Positions 36,857-49,050 of a DNA stretch of 64,000 bases are shown here, in pieces. Both the position numbers and the translations under genes were made by a program. The notes below the pieces were generated by a model. That model was not told the DNA's origin. It made no database searches and was given only the letters and a program-made list of their open reading frames with translations. This DNA is from Trichosphaerium sp. ATCC 40318 (Eukaryota > Protista > Tubulinea): positions 1,116,001-1,180,000 of the forward strand of contig JALMLS010000322.1 in the NCBI GenBank assembly GCA_038496445.1, written 5' to 3'. The stretch's first letter is position 1, and every line of letters begins with the position of its first letter.

Positions 36857-38074
36857 TCACAATTGTATTATCATGACAGTTACATTATCTGTGCTTCCGC
36901 CCTTTATAGCCCCAACTAACAATAACTTGGCTTGTACAGTTGTATTGCTCTAATTCAAAATAAGTACAACCCTTGTGCAACCAGCATACCTCATCTTTGA
37001 TTATGTCAACTGCTGCTTGTGGTTCAATAACATCCCATACCTAATACCCACATGAGCTATCAATGGCTTTGTTACAAAAAGCATCATACACCATCACAAG
37101 CCAGTATCACATGTGTGTCCCTGGCAGTCAGTACAGTGCGCACAAAATGAGGTTCATTTGTTATGTATTTACTGGACTTCATGTGCATATCACCTACCAT
37201 ACATTATTTGAATACTGCACAATAATGTTTCCAGATAACGTACCCAATGACCGTGTGATTGCCAACATGCCATTGACACGCCCATTTTTTACAAATCCGC
37301 CAACATCAGTAACACGCTTTGCTTCCTCGGGATCACTAGCAGCGTGGTCCTTACACTTTATAAGCAACATGATAAGCCGTGAAAGCAACCAACCTTTGTG
37401 AGCACATTTGCCTTGCCATCTGATACCAGAATCGCACGTGAGTCGCCAACATTAGCCACATAAAGTACCTGCAAGTAATTGCATTAGCCAAATTCTTCTT
37501 GATAACATGTGTGCTGAAGGGTTGAAAACAACTGAAAAAACAAAAAAAACAAAAAAAAAAAACGTTTAAATCCACCCGTTAAATCGTACCCTGTCATCTC
37601 CTTCCTTTTTAAGTATGGCACTAACAACGCAAGCCCCAGCGGCTGGCACAGTCGGCTTCATCGCAGCGTCACATTTCTGGAAAGCACTCCAAAATGTGTC
37701 TTTAGTAATATTTCCCTTTGCCACCTCTTCTAGGATGTGCTATAGCGCGTTGGTCTAGCAAACGACAGATCGGTTACATACCTCGTGTAAATGGCTTTGG
37801 CAAAATAATGACGCGCCCTTGCCTCCATGACCATCGTGAACCTACTACATTTAACATCATCTTCAGTAGACGTCAAACAAGGTACAGCAAAGTAACCAGT
37901 AGTGTTTTCCCCACCAAACTTATCAATTATCGTGTGAGTATCCTAGTACGTATTAGGGACGCTATTCAGAGCAATAAATAAATAACGTGCCTCCATTTTG
38001 CGCCTGTGCCTAGAATTTCTATCTGCAACGACGCCCACGGCTTTAACAGAAGTGTAGGATGCCTTTGTAGCCAT
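36857..38074 (-). CDS. PP2C/PPM-family protein phosphatase
   Basis: 'RRKME|DTH', 'DGHGG', 'VANVGDSR', 'DH...EAKRV...GRVNGMLAITRSLG', 'ACDGV', 'DNVTVMII'. Confidence 0.92.
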
Positions 38075-38757
38075 TGTTGCGCACTCAGAGGGCTGTTTAG
38101 TGGTTTTTGAACGGTCCGGACTTTTGAGCAACTCGAAAAAAACGCAGACGTACAAATTCCTAAGTTATCAAGTGCACCTGTAATGCTCGGTAAATTGCTA
38201 CTATACGTAGCAGCGGCAGTGTTGCTACATGTGACATACGTAGCGTCACTGAGTATGTACAAAATTACTTAACGTTTCTAACGATGTCTTTGCGTTAGGA
38301 CAGACTAATTTACGCCAAGCCAATGAGAATTTTACGCCAACAACGCAGGTGAGTAGCTACACGTAGCTAAAGCATAATAATATGACGTAGATTGTGATAG
38401 AATGCGCTGGCGTACTTCTAATGGCAGCGTGGGGGTCAGCCATGCTCTATTCCGATATGAAGCCAATCAAAGCCTCTAGAGTAAACGCAAACATGTACGT
38501 AACACCATTGTAGCGTGTAATGGTAATGACATTGCAAAACTGGACTAATCCAATCAAAATCGTCGTGTATATGTACTAACACACTACTCTAGACCGTACA
38601 ATTCGTTCTTGCACAGCAAAAGTTTTATGACATTTAATCACAGAGGGAAACAATTATTTTCAAAATTGAACAAGCAATAAACGTTCATGTACACATGTAA
38701 TTGCGTTGACGCTTTAACCTGCCAAGTTTTTAGTCAACACTTTTTTTAATTTCACAA

Positions 38758-39272
38758 ATGTTACAATCATTCAGCCGCACAGCTTACCTGGCCAGAGGAA
38801 TCAACACTACGTCTTCCATCCGCTCAGTAAAGACATTTAACCCACAACACATCTATTCGAAGCCTACAAAACGCGCAGGCCGTGTACTAAGGTCCCGCGT
38901 GCGCAATCAGGCACAAGAACATGGTGTTAACCCAAACATGTGCAATAGGCACATAAAAGAACATTTAATGAAGCTAGGTGAGTAGGCGTGCGTTTTTAAG
39001 CGTACCATGGTACTTTTTGTCTTACATCACTAACAAGCGTAGGTGTGCAAGGTTTTAACCCATCCAAGAAGGTAAAGCAAGAGATGGAGTGGGAAAAACA
39101 AGGCTACGATGTTGACTTTCGCTCCAGTAAGGAACTGCGTAGCGACCCTGAATTCATGGAAGATATTGAACGACAAGCAGAAGCAGAGATGATAGAGCAA
39201 TTGAAGAGCTCAACTACAGCCAAGATAAAAAAGAACAAAAACCAACAAAGACGATTGCAGGACGACGTTTAA
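38758..39272 (+). CDS. Small basic protein with mitochondrial-type presequence; possibly mitoribosomal mS33-like
   Basis: Arg/Ser/Thr-rich N-terminus 'MLQSFSRTAYLARG'; 'KRAGRVLRSR' resembles the mS33 motif; one intron at about 38978-39042. Confidence 0.45.
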
Positions 39273-39473
39273 AAGGCTTTAAAACATGCATGTCACAAAA
39301 CAAACATTTGTATAAATTGAATTGATAAAAACGTGGATAGGACTATGCGATGTAAGCAGGTGGTGTTTTTTGACAGTTACATTTCTGTTATTTCAAAACA
39401 AAATGATCATAATTGCGAAATTGCCTCATATTTCCGTTAAGGCCTACATTGGCATTAAAAAAACAGTGACACT

Positions 39474-41482
39474 ATGTTGAAAGTACTCGGAACATCTCGT
39501 ACACTCTCGTCTCCGCGTGTAGCTGGAGCGAACAGCCGCATTTCAACTAAAACGACCCATAAACGTGCAGTTTACGTTCGACAACGCACTAGAGGTGTTG
39601 CAACGTTCGAAGGTTAGTAATTGTAGCTAATCACGTATAAACCTTACTGTAGCGGATATTGCGTTGAATGAGGACCAAATAGAGGTGTTTGAAACAGCTA
39701 GAACATTCGCGCAAGAACAAATGGCTCCACACGCCGCAGAGTGGGACGAAAAGCAGATATTTCCAGGTACAAGAAGTATTCACCAGCTAAAACAAAATCA
39801 AATGTCATCTCAAGTCCAAAACATCGCCAAGGGCATAAACTTACACGAGAGTAGTTGATACGCTCAGGCAAGCCGCTGAACTGGGTTTGGGAGGAATTTA
39901 TGTGTCTGATGGAGATTTGGGTGGCAGTGAAATGACAAGATTGGATGCCGCCATTGTATTCGAAACGCTCTCAACCGCTTGCGTATCGACAACCGCCTAC
40001 CTTTCAATACACAAGTACGTCTCAGCTCGTGCCACACTATGCGTGTGGTGACAAACATGGCATTAATGTGATGATACAACAACATGATGATGCAACAACC
40101 ATAGCATATTAGTGTCATGATCCATTTTAAACTTGTAAACACATGTGGCGCTGTTTGACTGTTTGTAGCATGTGCGCTGGCATGGTAGACAAGTACGGCA
40201 CACAGAAGCAAAAGGAACAATTTCTACCAGGTATTTTGTACTTTTTGTTTATTAACCCAATTTTTAGACTCTTTTGTTTATTAAACCAATTATGTCAAAG
40301 CCTAACTACCTTAAGGCCTTTGCAGCATGGAAAAACTTGCATCATATTGCCTCACTGAACCAAACGCTGGGTCAGACGCTGCAGCGTTACGCACACAAGC
40401 AAAGGAATCTGGCGGTGATTGGATTCTAAATGGGGAAAAGGTAAGTTATCTCTCGCGATCACAAACACACTTGACAACAACCGCAGCTTTTCCAAAGTAT
40501 TCACCATCAATGTGTAGGCTTTTATCAGTGGTGCTGGGTCAAGTGACGTGTACCTTATAATGGCACGAACAGGAGAAGCTGGTATGCCAAAAACTGTACA
40601 ATCCTGAGGAAAAAGAAGCCTAATCCTTTTTTGTTTATCATTAGGTCCAAAAGGTATTTCTTGTTTTATCGTACCGAAAGATGCACCTGGCCTCTCTTTT
40701 GGGAAGAAAGAAGCCAAGGCAAGTTGAGATTAAGATTTAGTGACGAAAATAAATGAATTTGACTAGCTTGGGTGGAATTCACAACCAACTCGCCAAGTCG
40801 TCATGCAAGACTGTAAAATTCCAAAGGAAAATATGTTGGGTAAACCAGGCCAAGGCTTCGAAATAGCGATGGTTGGCCTTGATGGTGGCAGGATCAATAT
40901 TGGCACGTTGTCACATGCTTTACAATACCCTTCCAGTTTGCTAACAGCCTCAATGCAGCGGCATGCTCAGTAGGTGGTGCTCACGCCTGTCTCAAACTAG
41001 CCAAAGAACACGCCACTGTGCGCAAAGCGTTTGGTAAACCACTATCCTCACTACAAAGCATTCAATTCAAGTTGGCTGACATGGCGACAGACATTTATGC
41101 GTCCAGAATGCTGGTGCGTTGTATTTGAGTAGTGCTTTCTTATCTCATAACAACATTTCAAAAGGTGCGTAATGCGGCCAAGCTCATGGATGCGAACGAC
41201 CCGAGTTTAACGGTAGGCGCTGCAATGGCAAAACAGTTTGCAACTGATAGGTGTTTCAATGTACGTAGAGAGAATTAGACTCGCTTCGAGTAAATGATGT
41301 AACAAATGCCTTGATAGGTTTGCAATGATGCACTTCAAGTTTTTGGAGGCTACGGTTATCTCAAAGAGTACCCCATTGAACGGTATGTGCGTGATTTGCG
41401 TGTACATCAAATTTTAGAAGGTACAAACGAGATTATGCGTGTCATAATATCCCGCAAATTGCTAAGTCACGACTTTCAATAA
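39474..41482 (+). CDS. ACAD8: Isobutyryl-CoA dehydrogenase (acyl-CoA dehydrogenase family)
   Basis: '[15 protein letters not shown]', 'LNGEK.FISGAG', 'GWNSQPTR', '[13 protein letters not shown]', '[31 protein letters not shown]'. Confidence 0.93.
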
Positions 41483-41539
41483 AAATATCTTGTACACAAT
41501 GTTGGGTTGCCATTACAAAAAAAAAACTTGAGTGCAACC

Positions 41540-42400
41540 TTTTACAATTCGACGTGATAGTACGACTCCATTGGTGCTAGTAGCTTTTCAAAGTTATAGC
41601 ATCCCTCCTTCATACCGTATACAGGCTTATCTGCTACAAGCTAAAAGTGCACAACGCGTCAGTATAGGCGTATCGAGAAAGCTTTCTTCAAAGTGTAGTA
41701 CCTGTTGACAAAGGTTGGTACTGGTCAGGTGCTTGGCACGCAATAGCATGCACAAGTCATTGCAATTCCTACGAAGATGGTCGCAAGCTTTATGTTTAAG
41801 TATCATTCGGACACAGCTGCGAACTTGTTTCGCCAGGGGATCGTCCTCGTAATGCAGAGCGTTTGAGTCCGGTCCCTCCAACTTGTGTATAACCTGTATT
41901 ACGTGCGAATGAGCATGATAAAATATAAAAAAAAAAGACATTTCTATCAACACATACTGTTTCAATAAGATTCTCTAGCTGGGGGTTCCATTTGAGCAAT
42001 AAGTCTACTAGGTCTTTCTTGTGGACTGCGTCGTATTGGTTTCTTTTACCTCGCAGCTGTTTTGGTATCAGCGCTTGAGCCATTTTGTCCAAGCGCTCTA
42101 TCACCTCGCCTACATACTCGTCCGCCTCCGGTACGCGCATAAATGTCTTCTTGTTAGGTTTGTGTGGCCTAGACCAATCAACAGCTTGAAAATGCGCACG
42201 TTAGGCATGCCACGTGATAATAATAATAACATGCTTACCATTTACGCTGACTATTACCATCAACACCAATAGCGTCGTTATATGCATGGATACAGAAATT
42301 ATGGTACCAGATACGTTTGTTCAAGTTTATTATGACGAAATCTTTTTTAACATCTCAGAGCTGTGATAAGTCCACGCTGAAACTTAACGTCCGTGCTAAC
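41540..42400 (-). CDS. Hypothetical spliced protein (start uncertain)
   Basis: Consistent GT-AG-linked exons ('WPHKPNKKTFMRVPEADEY...', 'KHKACDHLRRNCNDLCMLL'). No family recognised. Confidence 0.55.
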
Positions 42401-42568
42401 TTACCAAAACTGCTGTGACGGTGCTACTGCGATGCAGTGCGCCTCACAAACAAAAAAATACACAGGTCGTTTCGAGTTAAGTTGAGATTGTTCGCTTTTA
42501 TTAATAAGTATACGTAAAAAGTCTGTTTTTGTGATGCGAGAGCTGCTAAATACTACAAAAAAGGGGTG

Positions 42569-45500
42569 TCAAAGGTTCTGGTACAGATGGCTTGATCCCG
42601 ACATAGTCGCGTTTTCGTCGTAAATGCCGCTAACATTGGCGCTGTCCATTTGTCCACCTCGGCTAGCAACTGCTTGATACGCTTTGGCACCACCAGCAGT
42701 GGCTGCAGCTGCAACTACAAGGACTGCTGCAACAATACCGATTATAGCCTATTTGAGCAATAGACTAGTTAGTTTTATAATAAAGCCAGCGCAAGACACA
42801 AAAAATAAAGGGACGTACAGCTACACCGAGACTGGCTTTTGGCGTGGCAACTGCTGAAGGCGCCTGAAATACGGTACAAGCAAGATCGATGGATTCGCAG
42901 CCAGTGGTTTCGTTACAGTACGCAACTTCACAGACGTCCGGACGAGCCACACATTCCACTGGTTTCGTAGTGCAATTCCCTGTAGCCTCATCGCAGAATG
43001 CTATTTTGCACTTGGATGTGTTCTCTGGGATGCACTCCGTTTCAGTTCTGTTCTCGTAAACACATCGCTCAGCGCTTGTAGTTGCATTACCATTGCAAAA
43101 ATCGTTGGTGCAGGGGTTGCCGTCATCACAAGCAATCTTTGGATCGATTCTGACATTACTGCATTCTGTAACAAAGTCACAGGTATCTATCGTGCACATA
43201 TCGTTATCATTGCACGGATCAAGGTTCGCTTTATAGCTACATTTTCCAGTATCTGCATCACATGTGTTGTTACCACATTTAGTATTTGGCGCACAAGTGA
43301 TAGGTGTCGCAACACACGACCCTGTTGCAATGTCACATTGGTACGTTGCGCATTTATCGTTACAAACACCAGGGTTCTCTGGAGTGGCTACGCCAAACTG
43401 ATCTTTGCCAGCACACTGTGTGAAAAACGGTTAATCACCAGAACTTGGGGGTGGGATTGATAAAAATGGAATGGATGAATACACGTACGATATTATTCTG
43501 TGAGTCCGTAGGGTCGCAGGTAAGACTTACAATCTTGCCACCAACACTACGCTGGCACAAGTTGCACTCTCTATTTGCACGTATAACGCAGCCATTATAT
43601 GGCATGGATGGATAGGTGCCCGCTGGTGGTCCTGCAGGGTCACAACCTGTTACTGTACATGCGTCCTGGTCCACACACAGTGCTGCGTGGGAAGCACGTT
43701 GACACCCACCAACACGCTGACATGTAGCAACAACACACGCATCAGCACTAACGCAAGCATTTTCTAAACGAGTTATATTAGTCCTCCAGTCATGTCACAC
43801 GCGAAGAACCAAAGCAACGAAAAACCTCTCCCAAACAAAAGAAAATCAGATTTTCGAACGCACTTATTGCAGAATCAGTGTGTTTGCACTCTGGTCCATG
43901 GGGATTGTAGTTACCACCTATAAGTGTAGGTGCGTTTTCAGGACCAGGTGGATTTTGGCAGACATCGTCTGTGCAGACGTCCCCATCATTACACTGAGCA
44001 AGGCCTAACACACAACAATTAGTAAACCAAAAACAATTGTACAGGTTAAGAGTCCTATGAACCATTTTTTGAATATTTCGACAGTACAAAAAACGCAATC
44101 TAAACCAATTGGTCTATATAAGTGTACCATTGGGACCAACAGGATTGTGCGGCAAATGTTGACAACCTACAGCATGAGAGGCGCAAATGTCTTGAGTGCA
44201 AGGGTTTCTATCACCACAGTCGTTTGGGCAGAGGCATTGGTTACCACAAGCGCAGAACCCTTTGCATGCAGCACCACAGGAGCTACTGCCCTTACACAAG
44301 GTTTCAACAAGGTTCTTACGGACTACTGCAAGATCTTCTGGTCTTGCTGTTGGTGAAAAAAAGGCATGGGATGCATCATTTTCGACTAGTCCTAGCAAAG
44401 CTTTCTTGTCGATACCTTCTCTGCTATTCGGGCCCGATGCTTGTTTGCCAACGCCCACAACATAAACAATATAACCTTCGCCCTGTGGAGGAGGCTTGGT
44501 CAATACGTCTTGGTAGATGTGTTAGCGATCACATTTGCTATTTTCTCCAGCAACAGACAAATGCCGGGGCAAAGGGGGTTAGCACGTACTTGTCCTGATG
44601 AGATTTTCCCAACCTCTGTTGTTTCCGTCTTGCCTATTGTTTACGCCATCTGTCATAACAATCATGACACGTTTAACACCAGGCCTAGCTCTTGACAAGG
44701 CTGATCTCGCTTTGTCAATGCCACAAGGGATGCATGTCCAGCCTCCCAGTTTGGCATAGTTCCGGTAGTTTTGAGAAATGTCGGTCAACTTGTGGATCAC
44801 GCTGTTATGATCTGCTGTAAGTTCCAAGTCTATCTTTTCTTTACCCTCAGTAGAGTAGGATGATATACCTTAAACAGCAAAAAAAAGTTAGATTATTGAA
44901 TTACACTTTGTGGAAAAGGTAGTCGACTGACAGTCAACATCGACTACGGCCAGAGAACTGTATTTTTTCAAAGAAAACCGCACCAAATCGGACCAAACCA
45001 GGTTCAGGAAAGCTTCTAACTACTTCTCGGGCCCAGGCCGCTACGTTTCGGAGTTTTTCATGAAGTCTCATGGATCCTGAGTAATCCAACACTGTACACA
45101 CGTCAGGCAACCCCACCAGCAAACAAATAACGCACCAAATACTAGATCTAGAGGCTCGACACACGTTTCTTTACAAGCAGCCGTCTTTGCAAAAGCGTTT
45201 ACAGCTGTGCCAGGATAAATCGCGTCTAGTCTGAAGTGTCCAGGCAAAAAGTGGAACGTTGTGCCATCAGTGTAAGTCATTCTAACAGAACCGAGCGTGT
45301 CAGAATAAATGGTTCAATTTTGTTTTTGTTTCATTTGACAAAGAAGGGCTACTCCTGAACCAACAACAACAATAAAATAGAGTAAAAAATTGTGACGCAC
45401 TTGCAAACATGGTTGTTCGTTGGATCAAGCCACAAATTGCTAACATCTCTGGCGCTCACTGCTGCGTTTCTAATGTAACGTACACAGTTGCGCGGGTGTT

Positions 45501-45998
45501 TGCCAAGTTCACCTTGTGGGCCTCCATATATTGCTGTAACTACTTCTACAGGACCTCGGTTGAAACTACTTCCATCAATGTGCATGAGCGGCAGTACGGT
45601 GGTGTCTAATTTGTTCAGCGTTTCACAAGAGCCAGGACATTGTCTAAACACTTGATTCTAGGTGTCATTTAGTGGGAGTGCTTTTTTGCAGTGTAAAATG
45701 TGTAAATAGAATCCCGTACTGTGGCGAATTGGTAAATGTACGAAACAAAGACGTGACCAGGCGCTGGGTGATTATAGTGCACAGCAAACCGTCTCCCAGG
45801 AGCGTCGTACGCAAGGTAAGCGTCGTATCTGCCCTAATTGATTTTTTGGATGAGCTACAAGCGTATAAAACGTCTAATGGACCGAACCTTTTGAGTTGGG
45901 TCGTCACTGACTAGCACGCGGGCAGAAAACACTTGCGGCGATGCGCAAGTAACTGCAACAAGTGCTGATACAAATATCAGTATCAAACCTTGAAGCAT
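42569..45998 (-). CDS. Type I membrane protein: signal peptide, VWA (MIDAS), Cys-rich CxDxxxCTxDxC repeats, TM, short Tyr-motif tail (Sib/integrin-beta-like)
   Basis: 'MLQGLILIFVSALVAVTCA'; 'LDYSGSM'; 'VMIVMTDG'; repeats 'CDDGNPCTNDFC','CNDGDVCTDDVC','CGDRNPCTQDIC'; TM 'AIIGIVAAVLVVAAAATAGGA'. Confidence 0.8.
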
Positions 45999-46176
45999 CG
46001 CTTGCAGCAGTTGATTTTTTGAATATGGAAATTTATTTCCGCATTTGGTCAATACTCTGCGGCAAAGTGAAACAAACAAAAATTACTTTATAAGCGAACT
46101 ACACGTGCAAGGTTTTTACTACTGCAACTCTCAGGTAATTTGTGAGAGGGAAAAAAGCATTCACAATACATTAGCG

Positions 46177-48680
46177 CTAACACAAGTGCATAAACTGCTC
46201 TTTGTTCTGCTCAGGAAGACTGGCTAATTTGAAAGGGATGTGCGTCACCGATTGGTATCCTTCTTGTCGCGTTGGTAGCTCCAACTTTTTGCGGAAAATG
46301 TTGTACGCTATTCCAGGTACTGGCTTCACGCCTTCAACAAGCTAAAACGAGAGTTAACAATGAACTTGGTTAAAAACTTATTCCATTTCCCATAACGGTT
46401 GGATTAAAAACGATGACCATGAAAATAAGAAAAAAGCAAATCCGACATCCACACTGTATTGTACGTACCCAGCGGTAGTTGTTGAGGTGTTTGGCCAACT
46501 CAATAGAAGTAGACATTACGAAACATCGGACGCGAATGCCGTGCTTAAGTGCGAGTTGTAGATATGGTTGTCTGAGAGAAAAAAATCCAAGTAAGTACAC
46601 TTGGAGTGTAGACCAGGTTTTTATGGCGACTTACCTTGATATTTTACTTGGATTTGTGTTATCTATGACTACATTTCGGCCACCAATGAGTGCAGTAGAC
46701 GCCGCTTTTAAACATTTTGCTATTTGGTAGTGTTAAGTTTGAAGTACGATTCCTTACATGTCCGTGTACCTTTAGTTTTGAGAATATCGCGATTAATTCT
46801 AGTGTATCCATTTGCTGCCATAATCGTCTTGGCAAACGTTGATTTTCCGCTGCCAGGATAGCCCACCTACGAGAAATGCAACATTAATAAACAGCTTGAG
46901 TCTAGTTCAACTCGAAGTGATTTGTTGTTTCAAGAACGCACAAGTATGATCATCTCCTGTTGTGTGCCAATGTAATCGCTTGGGTTGTGTGTGCCTGGGT
47001 CATCACATAAGGCCTGCAAGTCTTCAGGCGAAACACCGTCCCATCCAAAAGCCTCAGGTCCGGCATCCTGGAAGTACTCTGTCTCTGTTTTGAAAGCAAT
47101 GGACAAGTTCCATGCAAACTTCCTGTCAGAGCAACTAAAGTCCTTCTTTCGTGACCCAACAGCAGGTCTACCAGCAGCATCACCGACGTACATACAATTT
47201 GTCTTATCTACAAAAGAAAAAAAAAAGGTTAAAACAGGCCTTTGTTTGGGTTGCTATGGCGTTTACCTGGAGTAATGCCATCGTTGAAACTGCTGCACAT
47301 GAGATCCCACATGGCCAAGTTTGGTTTTCGGAACTCGTCACCAGTAGTAGCGATAAAGGCTTGTATTGGAAAACCAAGTTCGGCAGCGATATCCTCGATT
47401 TTTCCTTTAATGTCGTCCAGCTTCTGTTTGCCCTTGCTGATGCCGGCTTGATTTGTGAATATTACAATTTTGTGCCCGTCACTGCGAGCCTTATGCAACT
47501 TCGAGTGCATCGTCATAGGGAACATCCACTCCCAGTCATGACGATCTGTTGGGAAGCGGCGCCCGGATTTGGTTACGATCAGAGTAGAGTCCATGTCGAA
47601 GCCTGTTATCCGTGCGGAACCTTGTATACCCGGTGGATTGTACACAAGGCATGTAGAATGCATTGACCAATTGCTAGACCCCTAAATGATAACAGGTCAG
47701 TTTAGGATTGTCAACGGAGAATTGTACCTTAGGTTCAGCAGGTTTTGTTGTTGTTCTTTTTGACGTCCTGCCGACATTTGAGATGGTTGAAGCCTAGAAG
47801 AAATCTATGTTAGTCCCACCAGATATTTATCACACGTGTTAACATCACGGCACGCACTGTATTAACGCTTCTTAGCGGTTGTTTGGGTTGTTGTGCTATT
47901 CTTGTGTGTCCGTGCTGTGTCATGCTTAAAGCGCTTCCCCAGATTTGAGAGCCATGATTTGACTGTGTTGGGTTGACTCTGTATGCAGGCTTTGAAGTCG
48001 ACGTAGTAGGTCCTCGTGGCACGCCTGCAAATCCAGAATTCTTGTGAGGTGTCAATGTTTGACATAATGCGTCCACAGAGGGACGTGCAGCATGCAGATT
48101 TAGTGCGTTCTCAATGGCCGAGATGCCAAACAAGCCGTTTTGTTGTCGCGCGTGCATTGATTGGAATGGCGCTGAGGATAAAATTTGCGATATTTGCTGG
48201 TTTGGTAGTGATGTATTGTATCCCTGCGACGCTTTACCGCCATTTGTGCGTTCAACAAAAATTTGCGCGGTACGTTCGTGGAATTGCTTCAACCACGTCA
48301 AATCTTCCTATTCAACACGTTCGTTTTAGTTGTGTATTTTAAAATAAAAAGTTGTACAGGCCATGGAATGGAGAAAGGATCTTCTTCCTCTGCTACTACG
48401 TATGTAGGGTCCACCTCTGCAGAACCTAAACGGGTGTTAAAGCCGACAAGCCAAACAGGTTCCACGAAAACCTAACACTGTGTCTAAACATACACGCTGT
48501 TGTGGAAACACAGCACTTGAGCGTATCCGCGAGCTCTGGGAAGTCTTTTGTAATTTCAAAGATTTCAGTTGCTGCAACGATTTCTGGTTTAGTCTGATGC
48601 TTAACAACGTAGTCATGCTCTCTGGTAGTGAGACTTCCAGCTCTGCGTAAAATTTCAGCGAGTAGTGCAATCTGCGACAT
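46177..48680 (-). CDS. PNKP: Polynucleotide kinase 3'-phosphatase with long non-FHA N-terminal extension
   Basis: 'GFDMDSTLI', '[10 protein letters not shown]', 'FRKPN', 'YVGDAAGR...[10 protein letters not shown]', P-loop 'GYPGSGKST'. The N-terminal exons splice in frame; the start is approximate. Confidence 0.88.
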
Positions 48681-49050
48681 AATTTAAAAGAATAGAGAGA
48701 ACGCATTTGACTCATGGTTTGCCTAGCGCTGTAAGCACGTGTTGACACTATTGCCTCTTACACGCACTCTTTTAACGCCATTTGAGTTCTGTTGTGGCAG
48801 GCAAATGTTCGTAAAACCAAAAATGTACTGTTGGCTGTGACAAATCTTTTTTATTGCTTCTCTTCGTCATCACGCGTTTTTTCATTTTGTTGAACGTTAC
48901 CGCGGTCTGCTGGGGAGCGCGTACAAATCGGATAATTGAGTGATTTCTTCCAAGCGACGTAAATTTGTTGTCCCGAGAACACCAGATAAGGACTGCAAAG
49001 CTGATTGGTGCAAACTGCGAAAGCAACAACGCAAACATCACTAAAATAAC

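Noticed and set aside
38280-38750. Possible tRNA/ncRNA in the long divergent intergenic region
   Set aside because: No cloverleaf, A/B boxes or snRNA motifs were recognisable; only CCAAT-like promoter elements.
48114-48329. Plus-strand Cys-rich ORF resembling a PHD finger
   Set aside because: It is antisense to an in-frame PNKP N-terminal exon, the ligand spacing is incomplete, and no supporting exon structure is present.
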